A stretch of 32,000 bases of DNA, from assembly GCA_017609205.1 (NCBI GenBank), contig JAFCEL010000001.1:210001-242000 (forward strand). The letters are read 5' to 3'. The stretch is from Candidatus Saccharimonadota bacterium (GTDB lineage Archaea; Nanobdellota; Nanobdellia; Pacearchaeales; GW2011-AR1). Of this stretch, positions 7,659 through 15,700 are shown piece after piece. Numbering within the stretch: position 1 is the first letter of the stretch; every line of letters begins with the position of its first letter. The notes beneath the pieces are model-generated. The model did no database searches. It was not told the origin of the DNA and saw only the letters and a program-made list of their open reading frames with translations. Both the position numbers and the translations under genes were made by a program.

Positions 7659-9452
7659 TTATTTTCCAATCTCCCTTAATCTTTTCAAAACATCATCGAT
7701 TTCGCTTGATTTTTTTACAGGAGTTTTATGAGGAATTCTCGATGATGGAGGAAGAATCCTTCTCGGAGTTGTTCTCGGATGAACAGGTCTCAACATTTGA
7801 CGCGCAAGTCTTGAACCTGGCTTTCCAGGTTTTGTTTTCTTAAATTTGGACTTAAATTTATCATAATAAGGTTTTAACCTATCCCTAAATATTATCGCTA
7901 ATATAAGAAGAATAATCAGAATAATTAAAAGCCAAATCCACCATAAACTCTTTCCCTCTGAAGAATCTTTTTTCATACAACAAGAATCCCCATAATCACA
8001 AGAGTAAGAAGGATTTTCCTCCTCTCCACTCTCACAAGAATAAGGCCTACAAGTTCCTCCATAAGATTCGCAATCTGCTCCTGATTTTCCTGAACTTTGC
8101 TCACACCTTCCTCCAACACAACAAGACTCTCCGTAAGATGCATCAGAAGATTCAACTGTTGTTCCTCCAAGACATATCTCCTTGGAACTACATATTTTTC
8201 CTCCCTGCTTTGAACAGGACTCAAGAGGAGGTTTAGTATCACAGCACATGAAAACTCCTGAGCAAGAATAATCCTTGAGAATATTCCCTTCGCAATTTAT
8301 CTCAGGCATACAATAATAACCAGCATCCTCACAATCTAAAGAAGAGGATTTTGAAGAATAAGATTTCTTAGGCCAAAGAGAATAAAGAAGAAAAGCATTA
8401 TTTCTTATGTTGCCTCCGTCCCAGCATCCATCTCTTCCCTGAATCTCCAAAAGCCAGTTTTTTGTATTGCTCTTCTCAACAGGATCTTCATACTGAAAAG
8501 GTAAAAGTGCAACTGCAGAATCATAAAATTTATCTCCTGATTCATCCCAGTATTGATTCTTCTGCTTAAGAAGAATGTTTGCTCTGAAATCAGAAGAGCC
8601 AGTGAGCAAATATAAAAATGCTTCTGGAAGAAATTCTTCATTATCTTCATACATAGTTATAAGATAAGGTAAATAAGAAGAAACATCATAACCCAAATGG
8701 TCAAGGACTAATGTTGCCCATAAACTTCCTTCATAATCACATCTCCCAGATTCTGAGAAACATTTGAAATCGACTTTTTCATAAGTTGTTCCTTCTGCTG
8801 AAGCAGAAGAAATTGATTCAGAAACATGAATTGTCGAAGAGGTTTTTTTCTTGTATAAAAAAGTCGTCAAAAATTGCTCGTCGCAGGATATTTCAAAGGT
8901 ATAATCATAACATGAAGGAGAAACCTTAAGCCACCAATCACCACTTGATAAGCTCAAACAATTTCCAGCAGAAGAACTTAATTTCTTATCTTCTCTTATA
9001 GTTATTTTATATGATGCTCCTCCATAACTTATTGTGCATCTTGTTTCAGATGGGCTTTCAATTTCTAAATACCACACAATATCTTCAGGCGTAGTATTTT
9101 TTGTCAAGAGCCAATTCTCTGCATTTAAAGTAGAAGAACCAGCATTATCAAGAGCTAAAATCGCTTGAGCAGTTGTCTTTATTTTACAATCAGATTTTGG
9201 CCAACACTCATTCTCATTCCATGCATCAGCCAAAACTTCTTCCTTGCACTTTCCTATTGCAAGAAGAGAGAAAATATTATCTTCTAAAGAAGATGAACAG
9301 TCATCCCCAAGTTTTGATTCAAGACATTTATAAGCATCATCCACTTTTGAAGATTCATCGAGGGGATTTGCAGTTTCATTTTCTGCAAAAATAAAGGGCA
9401 TAACTAAAAGTGCAAATAGAAAAACCCCTAATAATAACACCTGCTTTTTCAT
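7659..9452 (-). CDS. Type I membrane surface protein: prenyltransferase/squalene-cyclase-repeat-like (alpha/alpha toroid) ectodomain, three Cys-rich modules, TM and cytoplasmic tail
   Basis: Signal peptide MKKQVLLLGVFLFALLVMPFIFA. Repeated helical-hairpin motifs include TTAQAILALDNAG, GSLWATLVLDHLGY and NNAFLLYSLWP. A QxxxGxW (QW) motif occurs in WLLEIQGRDGCWDGG. Three C-x3-GG-x-C...CC modules precede the TM LWWIWLLIILIILLILAIIF, followed by a 75-aa Pro/Lys/Arg-rich tail. Confidence 0.75.
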   Translation of the reverse strand: MKKQVLLLGVFLFALLVMPFIFAENETANPLDESSKVDDAYKCLESKLGDDCSSSLEDNIFSLLAIGKCKEEVLADAWNENECWPKSDCKIKTTAQAILALDNAGSSTLNAENWLLTKNTTPEDIVWYLEIESPSETRCTISYGGASYKITIREDKKLSSSAGNCLSLSSGDWWLKVSPSCYDYTFEISCDEQFLTTFLYKKKTSSTIHVSESISSASAEGTTYEKVDFKCFSESGRCDYEGSLWATLVLDHLGYDVSSYLPYLITMYEDNEEFLPEAFLYLLTGSSDFRANILLKQKNQYWDESGDKFYDSAVALLPFQYEDPVEKSNTKNWLLEIQGRDGCWDGGNIRNNAFLLYSLWPKKSYSSKSSSLDCEDAGYYCMPEINCEGNILKDYSCSGVFMCCDTKPPLESCSKQGGKICSSKEICLGGTTVESSDASYGESCCVGGRCEQSSGKSGADCESYGGTCRPYSCESGEEENPSYSCDYGDSCCMKKDSSEGKSLWWIWLLIILIILLILAIIFRDRLKPYYDKFKSKFKKTKPGKPGSRLARQMLRPVHPRTTPRRILPPSSRIPHKTPVKKSSEIDDVLKRLREIGK

Positions 9453-9486
9453 AGTTGAGATAAAGAAGAGATATTTATAAATTTCA

Positions 9487-10737
9487 CTATTTCTTTTTAT
9501 GATTTATCAAACTTTTTTTTATTGTATAATTTACAGGGTTTTTTATTTTAACACAGAATTCATCAGGGGCACAAACACCAATTCCTTGATAAAATTCCTT
9601 ACAGTTTGGAGGCATAAGAGGTTTTCTTTTATAACTCCAAGATAGTTGAGATTTTATATAGCCTTCTTTTAAAGGAATCTTATTTTTTTTATTCCATTCA
9701 TAAATTTTCTTTTCTAATTCTTCTCTCTCCATTCCAACAGAACGTAAGAGATTTATCAAGATAAATACAGCCCTTTTCCTACCGTCAGAAATCCCACTTA
9801 AAATTTTCTTAATACAAGGTGGAAAATTAGAATCAGATAATTTATCAATTTTTACTGGCCTGAAACCAGAGAATTTTTTTTCTTCCTGCAAATTATTTTC
9901 TCTATACCAATCAAGAGCTTGCATTAAAAGTTCTGATGCTTCTCCTTCTTCTACTCGCGGATAAAAATCTCTTACTTTAACTTTCATAGGATTTGCATCT
10001 TTAGGACTAAATTTCTCCAATTCTTCCTCATCAAGAACAACACTAGAAAGTGCAGTTTTCTCATGAAGAGAATAGGGTGTCCTAAAGAGATGTCTAGGAG
10101 AGACAAGAACCAAATCAGGCATTACTTCTTTAGGAGCCTGGAAATTTTTTACATATCTGCTTGGTTTTTCTAAATCAGAAATTTTCTCGATTAATTGTTT
10201 TTTCGTCCTTTCAATGATATACCGAGTAATTATCCTGGGATAATCAGGAAATTTTTCAGACGTTTTTATTTCATTTATCTTTTCAGGAAAAGATTTCCAA
10301 GGAATTATTATATGGAATCCTTTTGAACCAGAGAATTTTATCCTGAAATTCTTTATTCTATGAAACTTAAGAAGATTGATTATCTCTCTTGCCATAATTT
10401 TTGAATAATCAAGATATCGGCTGTCAATATCAATTAACAAATCCCATCCAATCCGCAGTTCATTTGCTTGTTGTTCATTCATTCCTGTTTGAATTTGCAA
10501 AGGATCAGACCAGAGTTCTTCTGAACAATGGAAAGAGGTTGCTCCTTTTTTCACTAATTCAAAAATATCGCCTTGATATTGAAAATAATCAGGCCTCTTG
10601 CCAAAACCCTCAAAGTAGCGAGGGCAAATTTCGCGATGTTTTGAAAATTCAAAGATTGCCTTTTGAACTTCAGGATTAGAGTAATAAAGAGAAGTTATCT
10701 TTCTTATACGCTGCTCTTTTAGAGAATATTCTGACAT
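9487..10737 (-). CDS. priS: DNA primase: PriS catalytic (AEP) domain fused to a PriL-C-terminal-like 4-Cys domain
   Basis: Archaeo-eukaryotic primase (AEP) motifs are GWDLLIDIDS (DxD), FSGSKGFHIIIPW and LFRTPYSLHEKT. The C-terminal ~110 aa has FPPCIKKILSG...GRKRAVFILINLL plus PPNC, GVC and EFC, giving four Cys. Confidence 0.8.
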   Translation of the reverse strand: MSEYSLKEQRIRKITSLYYSNPEVQKAIFEFSKHREICPRYFEGFGKRPDYFQYQGDIFELVKKGATSFHCSEELWSDPLQIQTGMNEQQANELRIGWDLLIDIDSRYLDYSKIMAREIINLLKFHRIKNFRIKFSGSKGFHIIIPWKSFPEKINEIKTSEKFPDYPRIITRYIIERTKKQLIEKISDLEKPSRYVKNFQAPKEVMPDLVLVSPRHLFRTPYSLHEKTALSSVVLDEEELEKFSPKDANPMKVKVRDFYPRVEEGEASELLMQALDWYRENNLQEEKKFSGFRPVKIDKLSDSNFPPCIKKILSGISDGRKRAVFILINLLRSVGMEREELEKKIYEWNKKNKIPLKEGYIKSQLSWSYKRKPLMPPNCKEFYQGIGVCAPDEFCVKIKNPVNYTIKKSLINHKKK

Positions 10738-10807
10738 AAGTTAATGAATCAGAACGAGTTTAAATAAATAATCTATAATGAAAAATAACAATTAATTTAA
10801 AGGTAAA

Positions 10808-11557
10808 ATGTCTGATTTTGAGATGTTAGTCAAAATAGAGAATCCTCTCACTTTTACAAAAGTAATTGAGATCATATCTGAGTTGGTCTCAGAAGTAAGA
10901 ATGAACTTTAATGAATTTGGAATGAGCATTACAGCTATTGACCCTGCAAATGTTGCAATGGTTGGGTTCAGGATTCCAAAAAGTTCTTTTTCCCAATTTG
11001 AAACAGGAGATGAAGTAATAGGAGTCAATTTAGATAATCTTAAGAAGATTATGAAAAGAACAAATTCTGGAAGTTCTGTTATACTCAAAAAAAGAGAAAA
11101 TCTTCTTGATATAGAAATTCAAGACAGAATAAAAAGAAAATTCAGTTTAAACCTAATTGATATTGAAAATGAAGAAATTGATTTTGAAGAAAAAACATCA
11201 AGAATGATGTTTAGTTCAAAAGTTGAACTAAATTCTTCAGATTTTATTGATTCCATCGAAGATTGCATTGTTGTTGCAGATGCATGTTCTTTTATAATTG
11301 AAGAAGGCAAATTTATTATTGAAGCAAAAGAAATGAATTCAGCAAGAGCAGAATTTTCTGATGAAGCATTAATTTCAGGCGAGAATTGTAAATCAAGATA
11401 TAGCTTAGAATATCTCTCCAAGTTTACAAAAGCATCAAAACTCTGTGACAAAACAAAGATAAGCCTTGCAAATAATCATCCACTTAGGATTGATTTCAAG
11501 ATTAATGCAATTGAATTAAGTTTTATTCTTGCTCCAAGAGTAGAAACAGAAGATTAA
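10808..11557 (+). CDS. pcn: DNA polymerase sliding clamp PCNA
   Basis: 249 aa. FEMLVKIENPLTFTKVIEIISELVSEVRMNFNEFGMSITAIDPANVAMV ... YSLEYLSKFTKASKL ... FILAPRVETED is a typical archaeal PCNA N- and C-terminus. Confidence 0.9.
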   Translation: MSDFEMLVKIENPLTFTKVIEIISELVSEVRMNFNEFGMSITAIDPANVAMVGFRIPKSSFSQFETGDEVIGVNLDNLKKIMKRTNSGSSVILKKRENLLDIEIQDRIKRKFSLNLIDIENEEIDFEEKTSRMMFSSKVELNSSDFIDSIEDCIVVADACSFIIEEGKFIIEAKEMNSARAEFSDEALISGENCKSRYSLEYLSKFTKASKLCDKTKISLANNHPLRIDFKINAIELSFILAPRVETED

Positions 11558-11802
11558 AACCGAATCCAGTATAAAAGTGCCCCTAAATTCCCTAAGAATT
11601 CTAAAAACTTGCTATCAGATTCTTTTTTATGAATTTTAAGGGACTCTTCATTAGCAGGAACTGAATAACCCACTGCATTAGGAGAAACTAATTCATTCTG
11701 AAAATTATATGCAGGAGGAGAATGAGTACATCCTCCAAAAAGAATTAATCCAGCCAAAGAAGAAACTACCAACTTATCCTTTATTGTTCTCCTCATGTAC
11801 AT
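11554..11802 (-). CDS. Small putative lipoprotein or secreted protein (82 aa)
   Basis: The signal peptide has a lipobox-like LILFGGC. A TATA box on the minus strand (complement of 11821-11827) lies 25 nt upstream of its ATG. Confidence 0.5.
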   Translation of the reverse strand: MYMRRTIKDKLVVSSLAGLILFGGCTHSPPAYNFQNELVSPNAVGYSVPANEESLKIHKKESDSKFLEFLGNLGALLYWIRF

Positions 11803-11820
11803 TAATTACCAAATAAAAGA

Positions 11821-11847
11821 ATATAAACCTTTTGAAAAAGTTTATAT
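11821..11847. promoter_or_regulatory. 27-bp imperfect palindrome forming back-to-back BRE/TATA elements (bidirectional promoter, possible operator)
   Basis: ATATAAACcTTTT-g-AAAAaGTTTATAT: 13-nt arms with one mismatched pair. The left arm read on the minus strand is AAAAGGTTTATAT, 25 nt from the ATG at 11802. The right arm read on the plus strand is AAAAAGTTTATAT, upstream of the RHH gene at 11891. Confidence 0.5.
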
Positions 11848-11890
11848 AGTATTATTAAATATATTTAGTAATATAAAGTAATATCCAAAT

Positions 11891-12025
11891 ATGAAAGTTA
11901 GAATTTCTGCAACAATAGATAAAGAAACCTTAAAAATTGTAAAAGAATTTCTAGAAAAAGGAACATACAGAAATAAATCACATGTTATTGAAGAAGCAAT
12001 TAAATCCTTGAAGAGAAAGAAATGA
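11891..12025 (+). CDS. Ribbon-helix-helix (CopG/Arc-like) DNA-binding protein, 44 aa, not in the ORF track
   Basis: My translation is MKVRISATIDKETLKIVKEFLEKGTYRNKSHVIEEAIKSLKRKK. It shows a beta-strand (VRISATID), helix A, a G-x-x-x-N/S turn and helix B. Its TGA overlaps the next ATG (ATGA at 12022-12025). Confidence 0.7.
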   Translation: MKVRISATIDKETLKIVKEFLEKGTYRNKSHVIEEAIKSLKRKK

Positions 12026-12792
12026 AAAGAGGGCAAGCAACAATTTTTATTATTGGAGGAGTAGTCCTAATAAGCTTTCTAGTTTTCTTCTTTTTATTTA
12101 AGGGAAAAATAATACCTCCAAAACTAGGGAGCAAAGAAACAAACCCCAACCTTTTTCTTGAATCATGTATAGAAAAAAAGACAAAAGAAGCAATAAAGAT
12201 AATGGCTCCTCAAGGAGGGTACATTAATCCTGAATTTAGTTTTAAATTTAAATTTAGCGACGGAGATTTCCAGAATATATCTTATCTTTGTTATACTCAG
12301 AATTATTATATTCCCTGTATTAATCAAGAACCAATGTTAATTGAACATTTAAAAAAAGAGATAAAAGATTATATTGCAGAGGATGTTGAAAATTGTTTTG
12401 ATAGTTTTATTTCTGATTTGAAAGAACAGAACTATGAAGTAAATTCATCATATTCTGGATTTGATATTGAATTAGCCCCTAAAAAAATCTTAGTTAAGAT
12501 ATACGGAGAAATAATCACTGAGAAAACAGGTGAAACATTAAAACGAGAGAATTTTGAGGTAAGGATTCCTACAAAGATTTATGATTTAGCAATTGTTGCT
12601 CAAGAAATTATCAGCCAAGAAGCAGAATACTGTCATTTTGACCAAGTAGGATTTATGATTCTGAATCCAAAGTTCGAACTTAATAAATTCAAGACAGGAG
12701 ATTCAGATATAATTTATACAATAATAGATAAAGACAGTAAGGAGGAATTTCGATTCGCAGTGAGAAGCTGTGTGATACCACCAGGAATGTAA
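12022..12792 (+). CDS. Class III (prepilin-like) signal-peptide protein, module copy 1 (256 aa)
   Basis: The N-terminus MKRG|QATIFIIGGVVLISFLVFFFLF has a short basic leader, then G-Q, then about 20 hydrophobic residues. It is colinear with the paralog at 16640-17413 (shared C.E...K, GG.INP, YLCYT..YY..C..Q.P.L..H...EI). Confidence 0.7.
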   Translation: MKRGQATIFIIGGVVLISFLVFFFLFKGKIIPPKLGSKETNPNLFLESCIEKKTKEAIKIMAPQGGYINPEFSFKFKFSDGDFQNISYLCYTQNYYIPCINQEPMLIEHLKKEIKDYIAEDVENCFDSFISDLKEQNYEVNSSYSGFDIELAPKKILVKIYGEIITEKTGETLKRENFEVRIPTKIYDLAIVAQEIISQEAEYCHFDQVGFMILNPKFELNKFKTGDSDIIYTIIDKDSKEEFRFAVRSCVIPPGM

Positions 12793-15700
12793 TGATGAAA
12801 AAGAATATTCTTACAACAACAGTCATATTTCAGATTTTCTTATTAGCAATTACAGTTTTCGCAAATAGCTATAATCTTCATTCAAGTGATTTAATTCCTG
12901 TTGTCTCTGCAGAGGATTCGTTCTCCTGTTGCCCAAAAACAAATGATGGAGCAATTTGTCAGGATGTTTCTTCTGATTATTCTAACTGTGCTGAAGAACT
13001 CCTTCCAACAAAATGCGATTATGTTGCAAAATGTAAATTAGGTTGCTGTATCGACGAAAAAGAAGGCTTATGCACAACAAATTCTCCAAAAGGAAAATGT
13101 GAAGAAGATGGGGGAATCTGGCAAGAGGATAAAAATTGTAACACATTTGAATGTCAAAAAGGTTGTTGCGTATTAGGTGAAAAGGTTGAGTTCATTACAG
13201 AGGATAGATGCAATAAACTATCATTATTATTTGGATTTGATAAGGATTTCAGGGATTTGGAAACAGAATTGGAGTGTTTTGCACTCGAAAAAAGCCAACC
13301 TGAGGGAGCATGCATATTTAATGGGGGTGTTTGCAAATTTACCACTGAAAGTGAATGCAGAAAACTAGGAGGAAAATTCTCAGAAGGCAATCTCTGTTCT
13401 AAAGAAAGTTTGAATACTATTTGTGAAAGACAAGCATCTATTGGGTGTGTTGAGGGAAAAGATGAAATTTACTGGTTTGACAGCTGTGGGAATAAAGAGA
13501 ATATTTACTCTTCTAATAAAGATGCTTCCTGGAACAATGGAGAAGTTCTAAAAAAAGAAGATAGCTGTGGAGCTGGTTCTTCAAATATTAATTCAAAATC
13601 TTGCGGGAATTGTAACTATTTCCTTGGGAGTAAGTGTGCAGAATCTTCATCAGGAAAAGCCAGAGTCGATGATGGAAATTTCGTCTGTAAAAATCTGAAT
13701 TGTATTGACGAGAACGGAAAAGAAAGAGTAAATGGAGAAAGTTGGTGTGTTTATGATTCATTCATTGGAGACGGAAAAGATGCTGTAGGTTCAAGACACT
13801 GGAAAAGAATGTGTATTAATGGAGAGATAAAAGTAGAGCCCTGTGCGGATTATCGTGGGCAAATATGCGTCCAGTCGAATATAAACGGAACCGGGAGAAA
13901 CTTCTCAATAGCTGCTTGTGTCATTAATGAAGCAACAAAATGTCTTAGTTATAATTCTAATCAAGACATGGATTCTTGCAGAAAGAACGAATATTGTGTT
14001 GTTAAAGAGATTAATGTAGACTCTGGTTTTCAATTTGATGTATGCGTGGGAAAATACCCAAAGGGTTTTGACCTGACAGGAGAGGAATATCTAGAATCGC
14101 GGGATATGTGTGGAATAGCGAGCCAAAAATGCGAAGTGCTTTATGTAAAAGATTGGAAAGGGCACTGGAAATGCAAAAAGAACTGCAACTGCGAGAGTGA
14201 AGAATTTTCAAAGCAAATGAATGATTTGTGTATTTCTCTCGGAGATTGTGGAAGTTACATTAATTATATTGGGGATGGAACAGACAATTCAGATGTGGAA
14301 AATGCTCCTGAAATACCGTGGCAGGATTACAAAAAATTCGCAGAGCCAGTAAAAGGGTTATATGCAGAAGCAAAGGATATAGAAGAAGTCTTAGAGGTAA
14401 TTAAAAAAGATTATAGAAAAGATTCTAATGCCAAAGGACAAGAGAAGAATAGTTTTGCAGAAGGAATAAAATTGCTCGGAACAATATCAAGTTCCACAGG
14501 AAGTCTAATTAGTGGGTTGGCATGGGCTGGAGGATCAGTAAAAATTATTGGGGCAGGACAAACAATACCTTCAGGAGCCCAAGTTTTAGGAGGGAGTGTG
14601 GTTACTGGTCCTGCAGGAGGATCTTCCTTAGTTGCTGGAGAAGGAGGAACATTAGTTGCTACTAAAGGCGCAATAGGAGGTCAGGGATTGGTTGGAACAA
14701 CACTCGGTTCTGTAGGGGCTGCTGCAGGGGGAATTGGGATTGGAATGACTGTTGGGTCTTTCGCTGCAAAAGCATTTGGAATTAAAGGAAATGCTGCAAC
14801 ATTCTTATCATTAGCAGGGGGAATAGCAGGGGGAATAGCTGGATATGGTGCATTTGCATATAGTGCTGCTTCAACAGCAGCAGGGGGAGGAGCTGCAGGA
14901 GCAGCAGCAGGCTCTAGTGCAGCAGGAGGATTAGGAGGAATCTCTACTTTCGGAGGTTCTTCACTCTTCACAGGATCTTTCGGACCCATGATGGCAGCAT
15001 TTGCATGGGCTGTGATTGTTGTTGTCGTCCTAGCAGTTGTTATAAAAATCATTGGTTGGGGGGACACAAAGATAGTCACTGTTCAATTTGAATGCATGCC
15101 ATGGGAAGCACCCTTAGGAGGGGATAATTGTAATAAATGCAATGACGATCCCTTGAAACCTTGTTCCAAATATAGATGTGAAAGCTTAGGACAGGCATGT
15201 ATATTATTAAATGAAGACACTGAAAATCCTGTTTGTGAAAGCTTGCCAAAAGAAGACAATCCCCCAGTAATTTCTACTGGCGAGATTCTCGATGATCTCA
15301 CATTTCTCAATACAGGAGAATCAAAAACAGAGATAAGTGAAATCGGAAAAAAGTGTATTACAGAATTCAAACCTGTTTTGTTCTCCTTAAATACCGACGA
15401 ATATGCACAATGCAAGTATAGTTTTGAAAAAACAAAAAATTACGACGAAATGGAGCAATTCCCTCTTGAACAAAATAAATTCTCAAAGAATCATACATTT
15501 GCTTTTTCAATACCAAGTGTTGATAGCCTCAATACTTACAACACTATCAAAAATATCAGTGAAATGTTTTCAGAAATGAATATGTATATTAGATGCCAAG
15601 ATGTTCATGGGAATTATAACAAAGACGAATATACTGTTCATTTCTGCATTAATTCAGGACCAGATATAACCCCTCCTATTCTCGTTGCTACAAACCCAAA

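Noticed and set aside
6925-9394. Track ORFs 6925-7281 (+), 7973-8242 (-), 8405-8650 (-) and 9173-9394 (+)
   Set aside because: These are shadow ORFs inside the two large minus-strand surface-protein genes. The main frames have signal peptides, TMs and repeated Cys modules, and the shadow ORFs have none.
10401-11451. Track ORFs 10401-10679 (+), 10792-11088 (-) and 11119-11451 (-)
   Set aside because: They are antisense to the primase and PCNA genes, whose identities are clear.
11842-12036. 64-aa minus-strand ORF between PCNA and the surface operon
   Set aside because: It is antisense to a much better-supported 44-aa RHH gene on the plus strand, which overlaps the next start codon (ATGA). It has no start-proximal promoter and only a hydrophobic low-complexity translation.
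14480-15010. Local G+C-rich patch considered as a possible foreign insertion or hidden RNA gene
   Set aside because: The G+C rise is fully explained by in-frame Gly (GGN) and Ala (GCN) codons of the continuous giant ORF. There are no flanking repeats, no frame disruption and no conserved RNA-like stems.
13154-15415. Track ORFs 13154-13390, 13177-13368, 14011-14211, 14681-15079 and 15083-15415
   Set aside because: These are shadow ORFs within the 1267-aa gene. The 132-aa Pro/Ala-rich ORF at 14681-15079 is simply the reverse complement of the Gly/Ala-rich coding segment.
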